Part shown: positions 52,097 to 62,635 of the stretch, piece after piece | Layout: every line of letters starts with the position of its first letter | Position numbering within the stretch: the first letter of the stretch is position 1 | NCBI GenBank assembly: GCA_003211835.1 | Contig: QCRN01000001.1 | Location: 3,134 to 67,133 of the forward strand | Origin: Pelagibacteraceae bacterium AG-461-B04 | GTDB lineage: Bacteria; Pseudomonadota; Alphaproteobacteria; Pelagibacterales; AG-422-B15 | DNA: 64,000 nt | Direction of reading: 5' to 3' | Made by a program: the position numbers and the translations under genes | The notes under the pieces: model-generated | Database searches by the model: none | The model's input: only the letters and a program-made list of their open reading frames with translations | What the model was told of the DNA's origin: nothing

Positions 52097-53017
52097 TTAT
52101 TTATTGTAAATTTTTGAGAGCGGGTGGTTATCTTTAACAGTCTTTTTCAATCTATCATTTAAAATGTGAGTATAAATTTGAGTTGTAGAAATGTCTGCGT
52201 GACCCAGCAATATCTGCAAAGATCTCAGGTCAAGACCGTTTTCTAGCAGGTGTGATGCAAAGGCATGGCGTAATTTGTGAGGACTAACAAATTTCTCTTC
52301 TATGCCTACTTTTATCGTAAGTTCTTTTAAGAGCTGATTGAATCTTTGTCTGCTAATGTGTCCTAATTTAGAATTTTTTGAAGGAAATAACCATTTTTGA
52401 TCATTTTTATTTTTAATAAATAATTCTCTTATTTTTAAATAGTTTTCGATTGTGCCCAATGTGTTTTTATCAATCGGAACAAGCCTTTCTTTATTTCCCT
52501 TCCCATAAACAAGTAAAAAATTTTTTTTCTCATAAAGTGCTGAAATCCGTAAGTTAATTAGTTCTGTTATCCTTATGCCTGTTGAATAAAGTATCTCAAG
52601 CATCACTAAAAATCGAATACCTCCATTAGACTTATCTTCTCGGGCAGCTTTTAAAAGTCGATCTATTTGCATATTTGTTAGGAAAGTAGGTAACTTTGAA
52701 CTTTTCTTTGGAATATTTATTTTTTTTATTGGGTTTGATTCTAGAATTTTCTCTTCGACTAAAAAATTAAAAAAGTGCCCTAACGCTGAGATTTTTCTAA
52801 GCACAGTAGATCTCTCAAAACCCTTTGCGTTCAATAAGGCAATATATTTTTCAATATCTAAATTTAAATTTTTTGATGAAATCTTATCTATATTAAGTTT
52901 AGTTATTTTTAAACATTGTTTGATGTCAAGGCTATATGAATGAATGGTATTCTTACTAAGTCCTTTTTCAGACGCAAGGGACTCTAAAAAATTTTCGATT
53001 AGTGATGCATTAGCCAT
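52097..53017 (-). CDS. xerD: site-specific tyrosine recombinase XerD
   Basis: 'HKLRHAFASHLLENGLDLRSLQILLGHADISTTQIYTH', and 'RISALGHFF' in the N-terminal SAM-like domain. Confidence 0.9.
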   Translation of the reverse strand: MANASLIENFLESLASEKGLSKNTIHSYSLDIKQCLKITKLNIDKISSKNLNLDIEKYIALLNAKGFERSTVLRKISALGHFFNFLVEEKILESNPIKKINIPKKSSKLPTFLTNMQIDRLLKAAREDKSNGGIRFLVMLEILYSTGIRITELINLRISALYEKKNFLLVYGKGNKERLVPIDKNTLGTIENYLKIRELFIKNKNDQKWLFPSKNSKLGHISRQRFNQLLKELTIKVGIEEKFVSPHKLRHAFASHLLENGLDLRSLQILLGHADISTTQIYTHILNDRLKKTVKDNHPLSKIYNK

Positions 53018-53022
53018 TTAAT

Positions 53023-54744
53023 CTAAAGCGTATCTTTTGTGAGATATTCAAATAAATATTGATTTGCGTATAAAGGGTCTATCTTAAGAAGTCCCTCTAT
53101 GATCGTAAATATTGTAGTTTCATGAAGATTTTTGAAATTTTGATCACCGTGTATGAGATTTAAAAGCAAGATCCTTTCTCCAATCTGATTATCTAGTGAT
53201 TTTAAGTATTCATGAAGCTTAACATTTGTAATTACGGATGAAACCCTATTTAAATCATTTGGCGTTTTCCAATAATTACTTATTTTTTCATCTGTCGTTA
53301 ACTCATAGTATTTTACAACAATATTTTTCTGTTTTGAGCTAAGTTTTTTATCTTCAAGTAAAATTTCAAGCTCATCTAAAGAAAAAGAGATATCGGAATT
53401 GAGGAATAAATAAAACTTAATCTTCGCCATTAATATTTTATAATCATCTTTATAATTAATTACATTTAACCATTCCTTACATTTATCTAAATCTTTGTTA
53501 AGTATAAGAATTAAGCAAACATCTAGACTTTCTGCTACTAAATTTTGTTTTGGAGTAATTACTTTAACTTTATCATAAATAAGAGTTGAAGCTTTATTAA
53601 GAAAGCCTTGCTTACTAAATATATCAACAAATTTTGGAATAAGCTTTGCAATTTTCTCTTGAGATGCAGTTTTTCTAATTTCCTGATAAATTGAAATCCT
53701 ATTCTCTAATGTTATATTTTTTTCATTATCATTATCAAACTTATAACCTTTATAAAAATCTGCTAAGTAGGACGCGTCAAGTAACCCTAGTTCTAGCAAT
53801 GTTTCAGTGATGCTTATTTTTTTTAAGTTACTATCCTGACTAGATGAAACATAGAATAATTTATATTCAATGTTTGCATCTTCTTTAATCAAGTTATCGT
53901 AATTTATCTTTTCATTTTTTAGCAGATTTAATTTAATAAGACTAATGTCTCCAATTTTATTAGTATTAGTAAGTTCATCATTTAATAAAGAAATCAAAAG
54001 CTCAATATATTCTTTTTCGTGCTTATTCTCGTCACGCATAAGAGAAATATTTAAATCCAAAGCCAATAAGTTTGAGTTCATTGCATTACAAAATGATGTG
54101 TAATATAAGTCATTAAAATAATCAGAAAAATAAGTTACATCTCTATTGCAAATTCTCTTATAGTTTCCACTAATAAGAAAATATTTTTCAATATTCCTTA
54201 ATATCTGTTCATTGATTTCATCTTCATTCATTAGAGTGGATAATAAATAAATTTCTTCAAAATATCCTTTGGAGGCCAGAAAATTAATTTTTAAATCTAA
54301 ATAACTTTGGGCACTTTCTAAATTATATTTTGGAGGAGTAGCTATAGTAAGAAGAGAATTAATTAACAGCTCTCTAAGTGTTGAACTACGGGATACTTCA
54401 GGTAAGGAATTAATCAAATACTCTATATCAGAGTAACTTGATCCATTCCATAAAGTTGTATCAAACCCACCATTTGAGATATCGATCAATCCAAGTGAGT
54501 CTTTTCTAGAATAAGAAAAATCAGACTCTTTTACTGCAGACTTTGTCTCTGTATTTTCAACAATTTTCGTATCGTCTTCTGTGTCATTTTCATTTATTGA
54601 CACTAAACTATCTTCAGCCCAAATATCAAATGGTTCTTTCGTATCTGTTTGTTCGGCATTTGCTGAGAAAATTATTAAAATTATACTTACGAGATAAATA
54701 GTAATAATATATACTAAAAGTACAAAAATGCTTCTTTTCGTCAT
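53023..54744 (-). CDS. hypothetical membrane-anchored/exported protein
   Basis: N-terminal TM helix 'IFVLLVYIITIYLVSIILIIF' followed by a 540-aa hydrophilic region with no recognised domain. Confidence 0.55.
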   Translation of the reverse strand: MTKRSIFVLLVYIITIYLVSIILIIFSANAEQTDTKEPFDIWAEDSLVSINENDTEDDTKIVENTETKSAVKESDFSYSRKDSLGLIDISNGGFDTTLWNGSSYSDIEYLINSLPEVSRSSTLRELLINSLLTIATPPKYNLESAQSYLDLKINFLASKGYFEEIYLLSTLMNEDEINEQILRNIEKYFLISGNYKRICNRDVTYFSDYFNDLYYTSFCNAMNSNLLALDLNISLMRDENKHEKEYIELLISLLNDELTNTNKIGDISLIKLNLLKNEKINYDNLIKEDANIEYKLFYVSSSQDSNLKKISITETLLELGLLDASYLADFYKGYKFDNDNEKNITLENRISIYQEIRKTASQEKIAKLIPKFVDIFSKQGFLNKASTLIYDKVKVITPKQNLVAESLDVCLILILNKDLDKCKEWLNVINYKDDYKILMAKIKFYLFLNSDISFSLDELEILLEDKKLSSKQKNIVVKYYELTTDEKISNYWKTPNDLNRVSSVITNVKLHEYLKSLDNQIGERILLLNLIHGDQNFKNLHETTIFTIIEGLLKIDPLYANQYLFEYLTKDTL

Positions 54745-54796
54745 AACAATTTCTTTTAACAGATTAATCTGAAACTGTGAAATTTATTCACATCTA

Positions 54797-55336
54797 ATGA
54801 TGTCAAAATTAAGACTTTCTAATAATAATAAAAGTATTGTTCTTGTGGGTCACATGGGATCAGGAAAATCAACAATAGGCAAAAACCTCTCAAAGAAGTT
54901 GGGTATTGATTTTTTTGATTCTGATAAAGAAATCGAATTAAGAGAAAAAATAAAAATTAGTAATATCTTTAGTTTACGTGGAGAAAAATATTTCAGAAAC
55001 CTTGAGGAAAAAATTAATCTTAAACTTCTTAAATATAAGAATGTAGTTCTTGCACTTGGTGGTGGAGCATTTCAAAGTCCTTCTGTAAGAAAAATAGCAT
55101 TAGAAAAATGTAATTGTATTTGGCTAAAATGTAGCTTAAATCTATTAGAACAAAGGTGTAATTTTAAAAAAAATAGACCTTTACTTGAAAATAAAAATAT
55201 TAAAACAGAACTGTTGAAGTTAGATAAAATTCGAAGAAAAAATTATTCTAAAGCCCACTTGTCAATAAATGTGGGAGGGAAAACAAAATATCAGGTTACA
55301 AAGGAATTACTAAACCAAATTAAACTTAATGATTAA
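54797..55336 (+). CDS. aroK: shikimate kinase
   Basis: 'IVLVGHMGSGKSTIGKNLSKKLG', 'DSD..IE', 'LGGGA'. Confidence 0.9.
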   Translation: MMSKLRLSNNNKSIVLVGHMGSGKSTIGKNLSKKLGIDFFDSDKEIELREKIKISNIFSLRGEKYFRNLEEKINLKLLKYKNVVLALGGGAFQSPSVRKIALEKCNCIWLKCSLNLLEQRCNFKKNRPLLENKNIKTELLKLDKIRRKNYSKAHLSINVGGKTKYQVTKELLNQIKLND

Positions 55337-56435
55337 AAATCTCAAGGTTTCAACTCCTCTTAAGAAATATAATATAATTATTGGCAATAATATTATAGCC
55401 AGCTCTGGGAAATATTCTAAAAAATATTTAAAGAGTGATAGGGTATTCATTATTACAAATAAGCTTCTTAAATCTTTGTATATAAAAAAAATAAAGAACT
55501 CATTTGTTAAGCATGGAATAACTGTTAGAGAAATAATCATTAACGATAGTGAAAGTAAGAAAAATCTTGAGTCAGTAAAAATCTTAACAAGTCATTTATT
55601 AAAAAACAAAGTTGATAGAAATGATACTTTGATTGCTCTTGGGGGGGGTGTAATAGGTGATCTCGTTGGATTTGTGGCAAGTGTAACCCTAAGAGGTATT
55701 AACTTTATTCAAATTCCTACAACTTTACTTTCACAGGTAGACTCATCAGTTGGCGGGAAAACAGGAGTTAACACGCCACTTGGAAAAAATTTAATTGGTT
55801 CTTTTTATCAGCCTGCTCTTGTTATTTCTGACGTAGGCATGTTAAAGAGTTTAAATAAAAGAGAGGTATTGTCAGGATATGCAGAAGTAATCAAGTATGG
55901 CATCATAATGGATAAAGCATTTTTTAATTGGCTATTAAAAAATGATAAACATTTTTTGAGTCAAGATGCTAATTATTTAATAGAGATAGTATATAAATCA
56001 TGCAAAAATAAAGCAAAAATAGTAAATCAAGATGAAAAGGAAAAAAATATTAGAGCCTTATTAAACCTTGGCCATACTTTTGGACATGCTATCGAAGCAC
56101 TTAATAATTATAAAAAAACAGTTGTGCATGGTGAAGCTGTTGCGATAGGAATAATAATGGCACTAGAGCTATCTTTCTTAGAAGGAAAAATTTCAAAAAA
56201 CATTATAAATAAAATAAAATCACATTTTGATAAAATAGGTATTAAAAGAAAAATACCAAAACAATTAAAACGGCATTTAAACACTTCGCAGTTTATAGAA
56301 GCAATGTCTTCTGATAAAAAAGTAAAAAACAAAAAAATAAATTTAATACTATGTAAGAGTATTGGTGAAGCTTATATCACTGATACTTTCAAACATAAGA
56401 ACATGAAAAAGGTAATAAAAGATTTTTTAAACTAA
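55329..56435 (+). CDS. aroB: 3-dehydroquinate synthase
   Basis: 'ALGGGVIGDLVGFVAS', 'QIPTTLLSQVDSSVGGKTGVN', 'LNLGHTFGHAIE', 'HGEAVAIG'. Confidence 0.93.
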   Translation: MIKNLKVSTPLKKYNIIIGNNIIASSGKYSKKYLKSDRVFIITNKLLKSLYIKKIKNSFVKHGITVREIIINDSESKKNLESVKILTSHLLKNKVDRNDTLIALGGGVIGDLVGFVASVTLRGINFIQIPTTLLSQVDSSVGGKTGVNTPLGKNLIGSFYQPALVISDVGMLKSLNKREVLSGYAEVIKYGIIMDKAFFNWLLKNDKHFLSQDANYLIEIVYKSCKNKAKIVNQDEKEKNIRALLNLGHTFGHAIEALNNYKKTVVHGEAVAIGIIMALELSFLEGKISKNIINKIKSHFDKIGIKRKIPKQLKRHLNTSQFIEAMSSDKKVKNKKINLILCKSIGEAYITDTFKHKNMKKVIKDFLN

Positions 56436-57704
56436 ATGTTATTTGAGATAATTATTTTATTTTTTGCTATTATTATACTGCTTGTATTATCTGCGTTCTT
56501 CTCAGGATCAGAAACTGGATTGACAGCCAGTACAAGAAGTCGACTTACAGGTTTGCGCATGAAAGGTAGTAAAAATGCTGATGTTGCTCTTCAATTGCTA
56601 AATAAAAAAGAGTCATTAATTGGTGCGATATTATTAGGTAATAACCTTGTAAATATTCTTGCTTCCGCATTGGCTACAAGCCTACTCATTAAAGTATTTG
56701 GAAACTCAGGAGTAGCTTACGCAGTAATAATCATGACAGCATTAATTGTGATCTTCGCTGAAATTCTTCCTAAAAGCTATGCAATCGCGAATGCGGAGAA
56801 ATTAGCGTTGATTGTTAGTCCATTATTAAAACCACTGGTTACTGTACTGGCGCCTGTTACATGGATTATGGAAAAAATAGTTTTTTATATTCTGGGAATT
56901 GTAGGAATTAAACATGATCAAAATTCTCGCAGTATATCTGTTGCCGATGAAATAAGAGGAACGGTAGACCTACACCATAAAGAAGGTCGATTATTTAAAA
57001 TTGACAAGGACATGGTTACTGGAATTTTAGATTTATCTGAAATTGCAGTTGAAGATATTATGGTGCATAGAAGCAACGTGTTTATGCTAAATATTGATGA
57101 TGATCCTGAAAATATTGTTAATCAGGTAATAGAAAGCCCCTATACAAGAGTCCCAATTTGGAAAGATAATAATGAAAACATAATAGGCCTAATACATGCT
57201 AAAAATTTACTGAAATTACTTAGGGAAAAACAAACCCTTTCAATTACACGGGAAGATATAAAGGACTCACTTATTAAAACATGGTTTGTTCCAGAAACAA
57301 CTTCTCTGAAAGATCAACTTCAAATGCACCTTAATAGAAAAATTAAATTGGCTATGGTTGTTGATGAGTACGGAGTGCTGAGCGGAATGATTAGCCTAGA
57401 AGACATTATTGAGGAAATAGTTGGCGAGATAAGTGATGAACATGATATTGAGCTTTCTGACATAAAGAGAAATCAAGATGGTTCAGTAAAAGTAAAGGGT
57501 TCGACAGAAATAAGAAATATAAATAGAAGTTTTGGATGGGATTTGCCTGATGAAGAAGCAAATACGATTTCAGGACTTATAATAAATGAGTCAAGATCAT
57601 TTCCCAAGACTGGTCAGATTTTTCAATATTATGGTTTTAAGTTTGAAATTTTAGGAACAAATAAAAATATTATTACTCAAGTAAAAATATCTTCACTTAA
57701 TTAG
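56436..57704 (+). CDS. HlyC/CorC-family transporter (DUF21-CBS-CorC_HlyC)
   Basis: N-terminal 4-TM DUF21 ('FFSGSETGL'), a CBS pair ('VEDIMVHR', 'RVPIW'), and the C-terminal 'VDEYG...G.ISLEDIIEEIVGEI'. Confidence 0.88.
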   Translation: MLFEIIILFFAIIILLVLSAFFSGSETGLTASTRSRLTGLRMKGSKNADVALQLLNKKESLIGAILLGNNLVNILASALATSLLIKVFGNSGVAYAVIIMTALIVIFAEILPKSYAIANAEKLALIVSPLLKPLVTVLAPVTWIMEKIVFYILGIVGIKHDQNSRSISVADEIRGTVDLHHKEGRLFKIDKDMVTGILDLSEIAVEDIMVHRSNVFMLNIDDDPENIVNQVIESPYTRVPIWKDNNENIIGLIHAKNLLKLLREKQTLSITREDIKDSLIKTWFVPETTSLKDQLQMHLNRKIKLAMVVDEYGVLSGMISLEDIIEEIVGEISDEHDIELSDIKRNQDGSVKVKGSTEIRNINRSFGWDLPDEEANTISGLIINESRSFPKTGQIFQYYGFKFEILGTNKNIITQVKISSLN

Positions 57705-57974
57705 AGAATATTCAGCTTCAGTATGCAACTTTAGTCTGATTGAATGAATATCATCTAAAATTTCCTGTTCGAGTACTTTATGCACTTTTCTCTCTCTATC
57801 AATTCGTGATAAGTTTAGAAATTCTTCAGAAACTATAATAAGTTTTATATGAGAAGTATCTTTATTTTCGCCAGAATAATGGTTTTTATGTTGGTCAGAA
57901 AAATTTATTATTTTGAAGAATGATGGTTTAAAAAAATCATTAATCTTCCTGTTTATATTTTTTTCAAGACTCAT
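57693..57974 (-). CDS. BolA-family protein
   Basis: 'HIKLIIVSEEF.NLSRIDRERKVHKVL...IHSIRLKLHT'. Confidence 0.8.
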   Translation of the reverse strand: MSLEKNINRKINDFFKPSFFKIINFSDQHKNHYSGENKDTSHIKLIIVSEEFLNLSRIDRERKVHKVLEQEILDDIHSIRLKLHTEAEYSLIK

Positions 57975-58010
57975 ATATAATTATATATACTTAACATAAT
58001 TAATTGCGAT

Positions 58011-58550
58011 ATGGATAACAGAAAATGCTCTTTTGAAAATTGCCCCAATGATGGCGAATTTAAAGCACCTTCATCGCCAAAAGAGCTTAAAAAATATGTA
58101 TGGTTCTGTTTGAAGCATATTAGAGAATACAATAAAAAGTGGAATTATTTCTCTGATATGTCTGCTGACGAAATTGAAGAATTTATTGAAAACGACATTA
58201 TAGGCCACAGAAAAACTAAAAAAATAGGCACGAATGATGCGAATTACTTCGAAAAAATATCAAAAATCTCCGAACAGATGTTTTCTGGTATGAATAATCT
58301 TGAAAACCTGAATATGCACCCTAGTTTTTATAGTTCTAAATATCTAAATGCGCTAGCAACTTTAGGTATGGACAAAAAAGAAAGTTCATTAGAGGATATT
58401 AAATCTAAATTCAAAAAGATTGTAAAAGAACTTCACCCTGATACAGTTGGACTGAATGAAGCAAACAAAGAAAAACTTACTAAGGTTCTAGAAGCATACA
58501 AAATTATAAAGGATCAACATGACAGCAACAGAAAACCTAATTCAAAATAA
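58011..58550 (+). CDS. J-domain protein (alphaproteobacterial DnaJ-like, upstream of cobS)
   Basis: C-terminal 'IKSKFKKIVKELHPD' (HPD tripeptide) and an N-terminal Cys/His-rich segment. Confidence 0.75.
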   Translation: MDNRKCSFENCPNDGEFKAPSSPKELKKYVWFCLKHIREYNKKWNYFSDMSADEIEEFIENDIIGHRKTKKIGTNDANYFEKISKISEQMFSGMNNLENLNMHPSFYSSKYLNALATLGMDKKESSLEDIKSKFKKIVKELHPDTVGLNEANKEKLTKVLEAYKIIKDQHDSNRKPNSK

Positions 58551-59508
58551 GCCTGACATTTCTATTTCAGTAAATCAGGCCTTTGGCATTGATACAGATT
58601 TACACGTTGAAGGATTTTCAAAGAAGTCAGAATATGTTCCAGATATCGATAGCAGCTATTGTTTTGATAAAGCAACAACAATGGCAATTTTATCTGGTTT
58701 TAAATATAATAGAAGGGTAATGGTCCAGGGATTACACGGTACTGGAAAATCTACCCATATTGAACAAATTGCTGCGCGGCTTAATTGGCCTTGTATTAGG
58801 GTTAACCTTGACAGTCATATAAGTCGAATTGATTTAATAGGTAAAGATGCGATCGTATTGAAAGAAGGTAAGCAGGTAACAGAATTCCAGGATGGAATTC
58901 TTCCATGGTCATTACAAAATCCAACAGCATTAGTTTTTGATGAGTATGATGCAGGTAGGCCTGACGTCATGTTTGTAATACAGAGAGTCTTGGAAGCAGA
59001 TGGTAAATTTACACTTCTAGATAAAAATAGAGTTTTAAAACCAAATCCTTATTTTAGAATGTTTGCGACAACAAATACAGTTGGCTTAGGGGATACTACT
59101 GGCTTGTATCACGGAACACAACAGATCAATCAGGGTCAAATGGATAGGTGGAATATTGTCACCACACTCAATTATCTTAATTTTGAGCAAGAAAAACAAA
59201 TTATGCTCTCAAAAGTACCTTCTTTCAATACACAAGAAAAGCAAGAAATTATTGAACTTATGATTAAAGTAGCAGACCTATCCAGAAAAGGGCTATCAAA
59301 TGGAGATATATCAACAGTTATGAGTCCAAGAACAGTTTTAACATGGGCTCAAAATGCTGAGATATTCGACTTTAATTATGCAATGGCATTCAAACTTACT
59401 TTCTTAAATAAATGTGATGAGAGTGAAAGACAGATTATATCTGAATATTATCAGCGCTGTTTTGGCGACGATCTCTCATTAGAAAAGAATGAGTTTAACT
59501 TAATATAG
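58519..59508 (+). CDS. cobS: CobS-like AAA+ (MoxR-type) ATPase
   Basis: Walker A 'GLHGTGKST', Walker B 'LVFDEYD'. Conserved bolA/J-protein/cobS/cobT/rpmB neighbourhood. Confidence 0.85.
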   Translation: MTATENLIQNKPDISISVNQAFGIDTDLHVEGFSKKSEYVPDIDSSYCFDKATTMAILSGFKYNRRVMVQGLHGTGKSTHIEQIAARLNWPCIRVNLDSHISRIDLIGKDAIVLKEGKQVTEFQDGILPWSLQNPTALVFDEYDAGRPDVMFVIQRVLEADGKFTLLDKNRVLKPNPYFRMFATTNTVGLGDTTGLYHGTQQINQGQMDRWNIVTTLNYLNFEQEKQIMLSKVPSFNTQEKQEIIELMIKVADLSRKGLSNGDISTVMSPRTVLTWAQNAEIFDFNYAMAFKLTFLNKCDESERQIISEYYQRCFGDDLSLEKNEFNLI

Positions 59509-61343
59509 TGAAAGAAGATATTTTAGAAGATATCAAAAGAGCTATCTCATCTGCTACAAGGGCCATTGCTGAAAACAAAGAGCTTGAAGTTGTGTTCGAA
59601 GATAATGGTTCTTCATCCGAAAATAAGATTGTTTTATCGCAAATAAAGTTAGATGATAATCCTGAGTCGCTTAGCCGGCTTAGAGGGAATGCTGACAATC
59701 AAGCACTAAGATATAAATATCACAATCAAGATACTTTTAAAGAATATGAGCCCTCTGGTGAAAAAAATAGAAGGATTTATAAAATACTTGAAGATACTCG
59801 CATACAGCTAATAGGAAGTAAATTGATGAGGGGTGTTAAAAATAATTTGCATTCTCTTTATGAAGATAAATTTAAAGACAAAAACATTTCTGAAGTCTCT
59901 AAACAATCCGATATTGATATTGAAGATGCTATTGATTTATATTTCAGAAATAAAGTAAGTCCTGATTATCTACCTAAAGATTCTGGTAAAGCAATAAACG
60001 TATGGAAGAAATGGCTTCAAAGTAGAATTGGTGACTCTTCCAATTCCCTCTTAGAGAATATTTATGATCAAAAAGTTTTTGCTGAAAATGTAAATAAATT
60101 AATAAATGACTTAGACTATTATGATGAACAAAACACCAATGATGAAAAAAATGAGGAGGAAAAAAATCAAAATACAGAGCAACTTGAAAATAATGAATTA
60201 GATGAGATGGAGAATCAGTCATCTTTTAGTGATGATGAGGCCTCGCAGTCAGAAGAGGAAGTAGGATATGAAGAAACAGAAATGAATATTGACCAGCAAG
60301 AAGATGACGAACTTTCAGAGTTTGATGAAGGAAATAGTGAAAATGCAACACCACAGTATAGAGCTGAGAATTCAAGTGAACAAATACTAAATGAGTACGG
60401 TATATACACTGAAGAATTTGACGAAATAATTACTGCTTCAAATATATGTGAAGATGAAGAATTAAGCCGTCTTCGGGCTTACTTAGATCAACAACTAAAG
60501 TCATATCAAACAATTATTTCTAGATTGGCTAATCGATTACAAAGGAAATTGCTTGCTAAGCAAAATCGAAGTTGGGATTTTGATTTAGAAGAAGGCTTAT
60601 TGGATACATCAAGGTTAACGAGGATTATAATGGACCCATATCACTCATTATCCTTCAAAAAAGAAAAAGATACTGACTTCAAAGATACAGTAGTTTCACT
60701 CTTAATTGATAATTCTGGATCAATGAGAGGAAGACCCATTACTGTTGCCGCGATGAGCGCAGATATTCTTGCCAGGACTCTCGAGAGATGTGGTGTGAAA
60801 GTTGAGATACTTGGTTTTACAACAAAAGCTTGGAAAGGAGGTAAAAGTCGAGAACATTGGATGCAAAATAAGAAGATCCCAGCGCCAGGAAGATTGAATG
60901 ATTTAAGACACATTATTTATAAAGCTGCAGATGAACCTTGGCGTAGATCAAAAAAAAATTTAGGCCTCATGATGCGCGAGGGTCTATTAAAAGAAAATAT
61001 TGATGGAGAGGCACTTTTATGGGCGCATAAAAGGTTACAAGTCCGTTATGAAGCAAGAAAAATATTAATGGTTATATCCGATGGAGCTCCAGTAGATGAT
61101 AGTACTTTATCCGTGAATACAGGAAATTATCTTGAAAAACATTTAAGAGGTGTTATCGAATGGATTGAATCAAAATCTGCCATTCAACTGTTGGCCGTAG
61201 GGATTGGTCATGATGTTACTAGATACTATAAAAGGGCTGTCACCATAGTGGACGCTGAACAGTTAGCGGACGTTATGACAGAGCAGTTAGTTGATTTATT
61301 TGAAGAGAGTGAGAAAAGAAGTAAAAGTCAACTTGCTAATTAA
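59508..61343 (+). CDS. cobT: CobT-like vWA-domain protein
   Basis: GTG start sharing one base with the cobS stop. Acidic low-complexity centre. C-terminal vWA MIDAS 'LLIDNSGSM'. Confidence 0.85.
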   Translation: MKEDILEDIKRAISSATRAIAENKELEVVFEDNGSSSENKIVLSQIKLDDNPESLSRLRGNADNQALRYKYHNQDTFKEYEPSGEKNRRIYKILEDTRIQLIGSKLMRGVKNNLHSLYEDKFKDKNISEVSKQSDIDIEDAIDLYFRNKVSPDYLPKDSGKAINVWKKWLQSRIGDSSNSLLENIYDQKVFAENVNKLINDLDYYDEQNTNDEKNEEEKNQNTEQLENNELDEMENQSSFSDDEASQSEEEVGYEETEMNIDQQEDDELSEFDEGNSENATPQYRAENSSEQILNEYGIYTEEFDEIITASNICEDEELSRLRAYLDQQLKSYQTIISRLANRLQRKLLAKQNRSWDFDLEEGLLDTSRLTRIIMDPYHSLSFKKEKDTDFKDTVVSLLIDNSGSMRGRPITVAAMSADILARTLERCGVKVEILGFTTKAWKGGKSREHWMQNKKIPAPGRLNDLRHIIYKAADEPWRRSKKNLGLMMREGLLKENIDGEALLWAHKRLQVRYEARKILMVISDGAPVDDSTLSVNTGNYLEKHLRGVIEWIESKSAIQLLAVGIGHDVTRYYKRAVTIVDAEQLADVMTEQLVDLFEESEKRSKSQLAN

Positions 61344-61626
61344 CTTTGCTCTCAGCTATACCCATTGCGCGTTGTAATCTCTTAGCTTTAAGAGACAACT
61401 TCTTACTTTTTGTTTTTGTTAAAAATTCGTCTATTCCACCAAATTTTGATACAGTTCGAATTGATGATGTGGCCACAGATAACTTGATTTTTTTATTCAA
61501 CAATTCACTTTTAAAAGTTACTGCTTGAAGATTAACATTGAATTTTCTTCTAGTTTTATTATTGGCCTTACTTACGTTGTTTCCAAATTGAACTTTTTTG
61601 CCAGATAAATCACATGCTTTTGTCAT
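61336..61626 (-). CDS. rpmB: 50S ribosomal protein L28
   Basis: '[30 protein letters not shown]'. Confidence 0.93.
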   Translation of the reverse strand: MTKACDLSGKKVQFGNNVSKANNKTRRKFNVNLQAVTFKSELLNKKIKLSVATSSIRTVSKFGGIDEFLTKTKSKKLSLKAKRLQRAMGIAESKVN

Positions 61627-61669
61627 AATTTGTGTTAGTTACAGATAATAATAAATAATGTCAATATGA

Positions 61670-62635
61670 TTATTTACTCTGCAAATTCTTAGTAATAGCT
61701 TCAATAGCATCAAACATTTGAATTTTGCCATCCATTACTTTTTGTGAAAATTGGCTGATACTACCATCTGCTTTAATTTTCCTTTGAATATTGAATTGGA
61801 TTATTTCTCTAACCTCTTCTTCTATCCAATAAGTAAACTGTTTAGCCCGCCTTTCTTCAAAGTTTTTATTTTTTTTATTTTGTGAAACTATATTTTGTAT
61901 AGTTTCTATTACGTTTTCCATACCACTTTGCTCAATGGCTGAGACAAGTAAGACCTCCTTATCAGCGGTATCATTCGACTTTTTATAATAGCTTATTGCC
62001 GATTTATAATCAGAAGCAGTTCTAGAGGCCTCAGATTTTAGGTCACCGTCATTTTTATTAACTATAAATATATCAGCATATTCCGTTATCCCTTTTTTTA
62101 TTCCCTGTAGCTCATCTCCAGACCCTGGTCCTACAATTAGAGAAAATATATCTACTAAATTAGTTGCCATAATTTCTGACTGACCTACTCCGACAGTTTC
62201 AATAAAAATAAAATCATAGCCCGCTGCATCCAATATGATTGACGCTTCTCTTGTTCCAATTGAAATGCCCCCTAAAGAACCCCTTGAGGGAGTAGACCTT
62301 ATGAATGTATTGGGATTTTTAGAAATTTCTATCATCCTAGTTTTGTCACCCAATATAGACCCTCCTGTAATCTGTGAAGACGGGTCAATAGCTAAAATGC
62401 CAAGCTTATAATTTTTTTCAACCAGATAACGACCAAATGACTCGATAAATGTGGATTTGCCAACGCCAGGAGGTCCTGAAAACCCAACACGAATTGATTT
62501 ACCTGGCTTATTTAATAACTCTGAAATTAGTTTTCTACTTTCTTTTTTATCATTTTCTCTAGAGGACTCAACTAAAGTGATAGCTTTAGCTATCGCAGCT
62601 CTTTCACCTTTTACAATTTTTTCGACAAGTTGCAT
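61670..62635 (-). CDS. meaB: methylmalonyl-CoA mutase-associated G-protein chaperone (MeaB/ArgK)
   Basis: 'GPPGVGKST' P-loop, 'ETVGVGQSE', 'VNKNDG' (NKxD). Directly downstream of the mutase gene with no gap. Confidence 0.9.
   Translation of the reverse strand: MQLVEKIVKGERAAIAKAITLVESSRENDKKESRKLISELLNKPGKSIRVGFSGPPGVGKSTFIESFGRYLVEKNYKLGILAIDPSSQITGGSILGDKTRMIEISKNPNTFIRSTPSRGSLGGISIGTREASIILDAAGYDFIFIETVGVGQSEIMATNLVDIFSLIVGPGSGDELQGIKKGITEYADIFIVNKNDGDLKSEASRTASDYKSAISYYKKSNDTADKEVLLVSAIEQSGMENVIETIQNIVSQNKKNKNFEERRAKQFTYWIEEEVREIIQFNIQRKIKADGSISQFSQKVMDGKIQMFDAIEAITKNLQSK

Noticed and set aside
52097-53017. A tyrosine recombinase as a possible island integrase
   Set aside because: It has full XerD signatures, sits 20 kb from the island in the conserved xerD/aroK/aroB housekeeping context, and has no adjacent att-like repeats. 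It is the chromosome-dimer resolvase, not a mobile-element integrase.
60100-60400. A repetitive-looking acidic stretch (GAA/GAT-rich) that could suggest a tandem repeat
   Set aside because: It is the in-frame Asp/Glu/Asn-rich linker typical of CobT-like proteins. No exact repeat unit is discernible.
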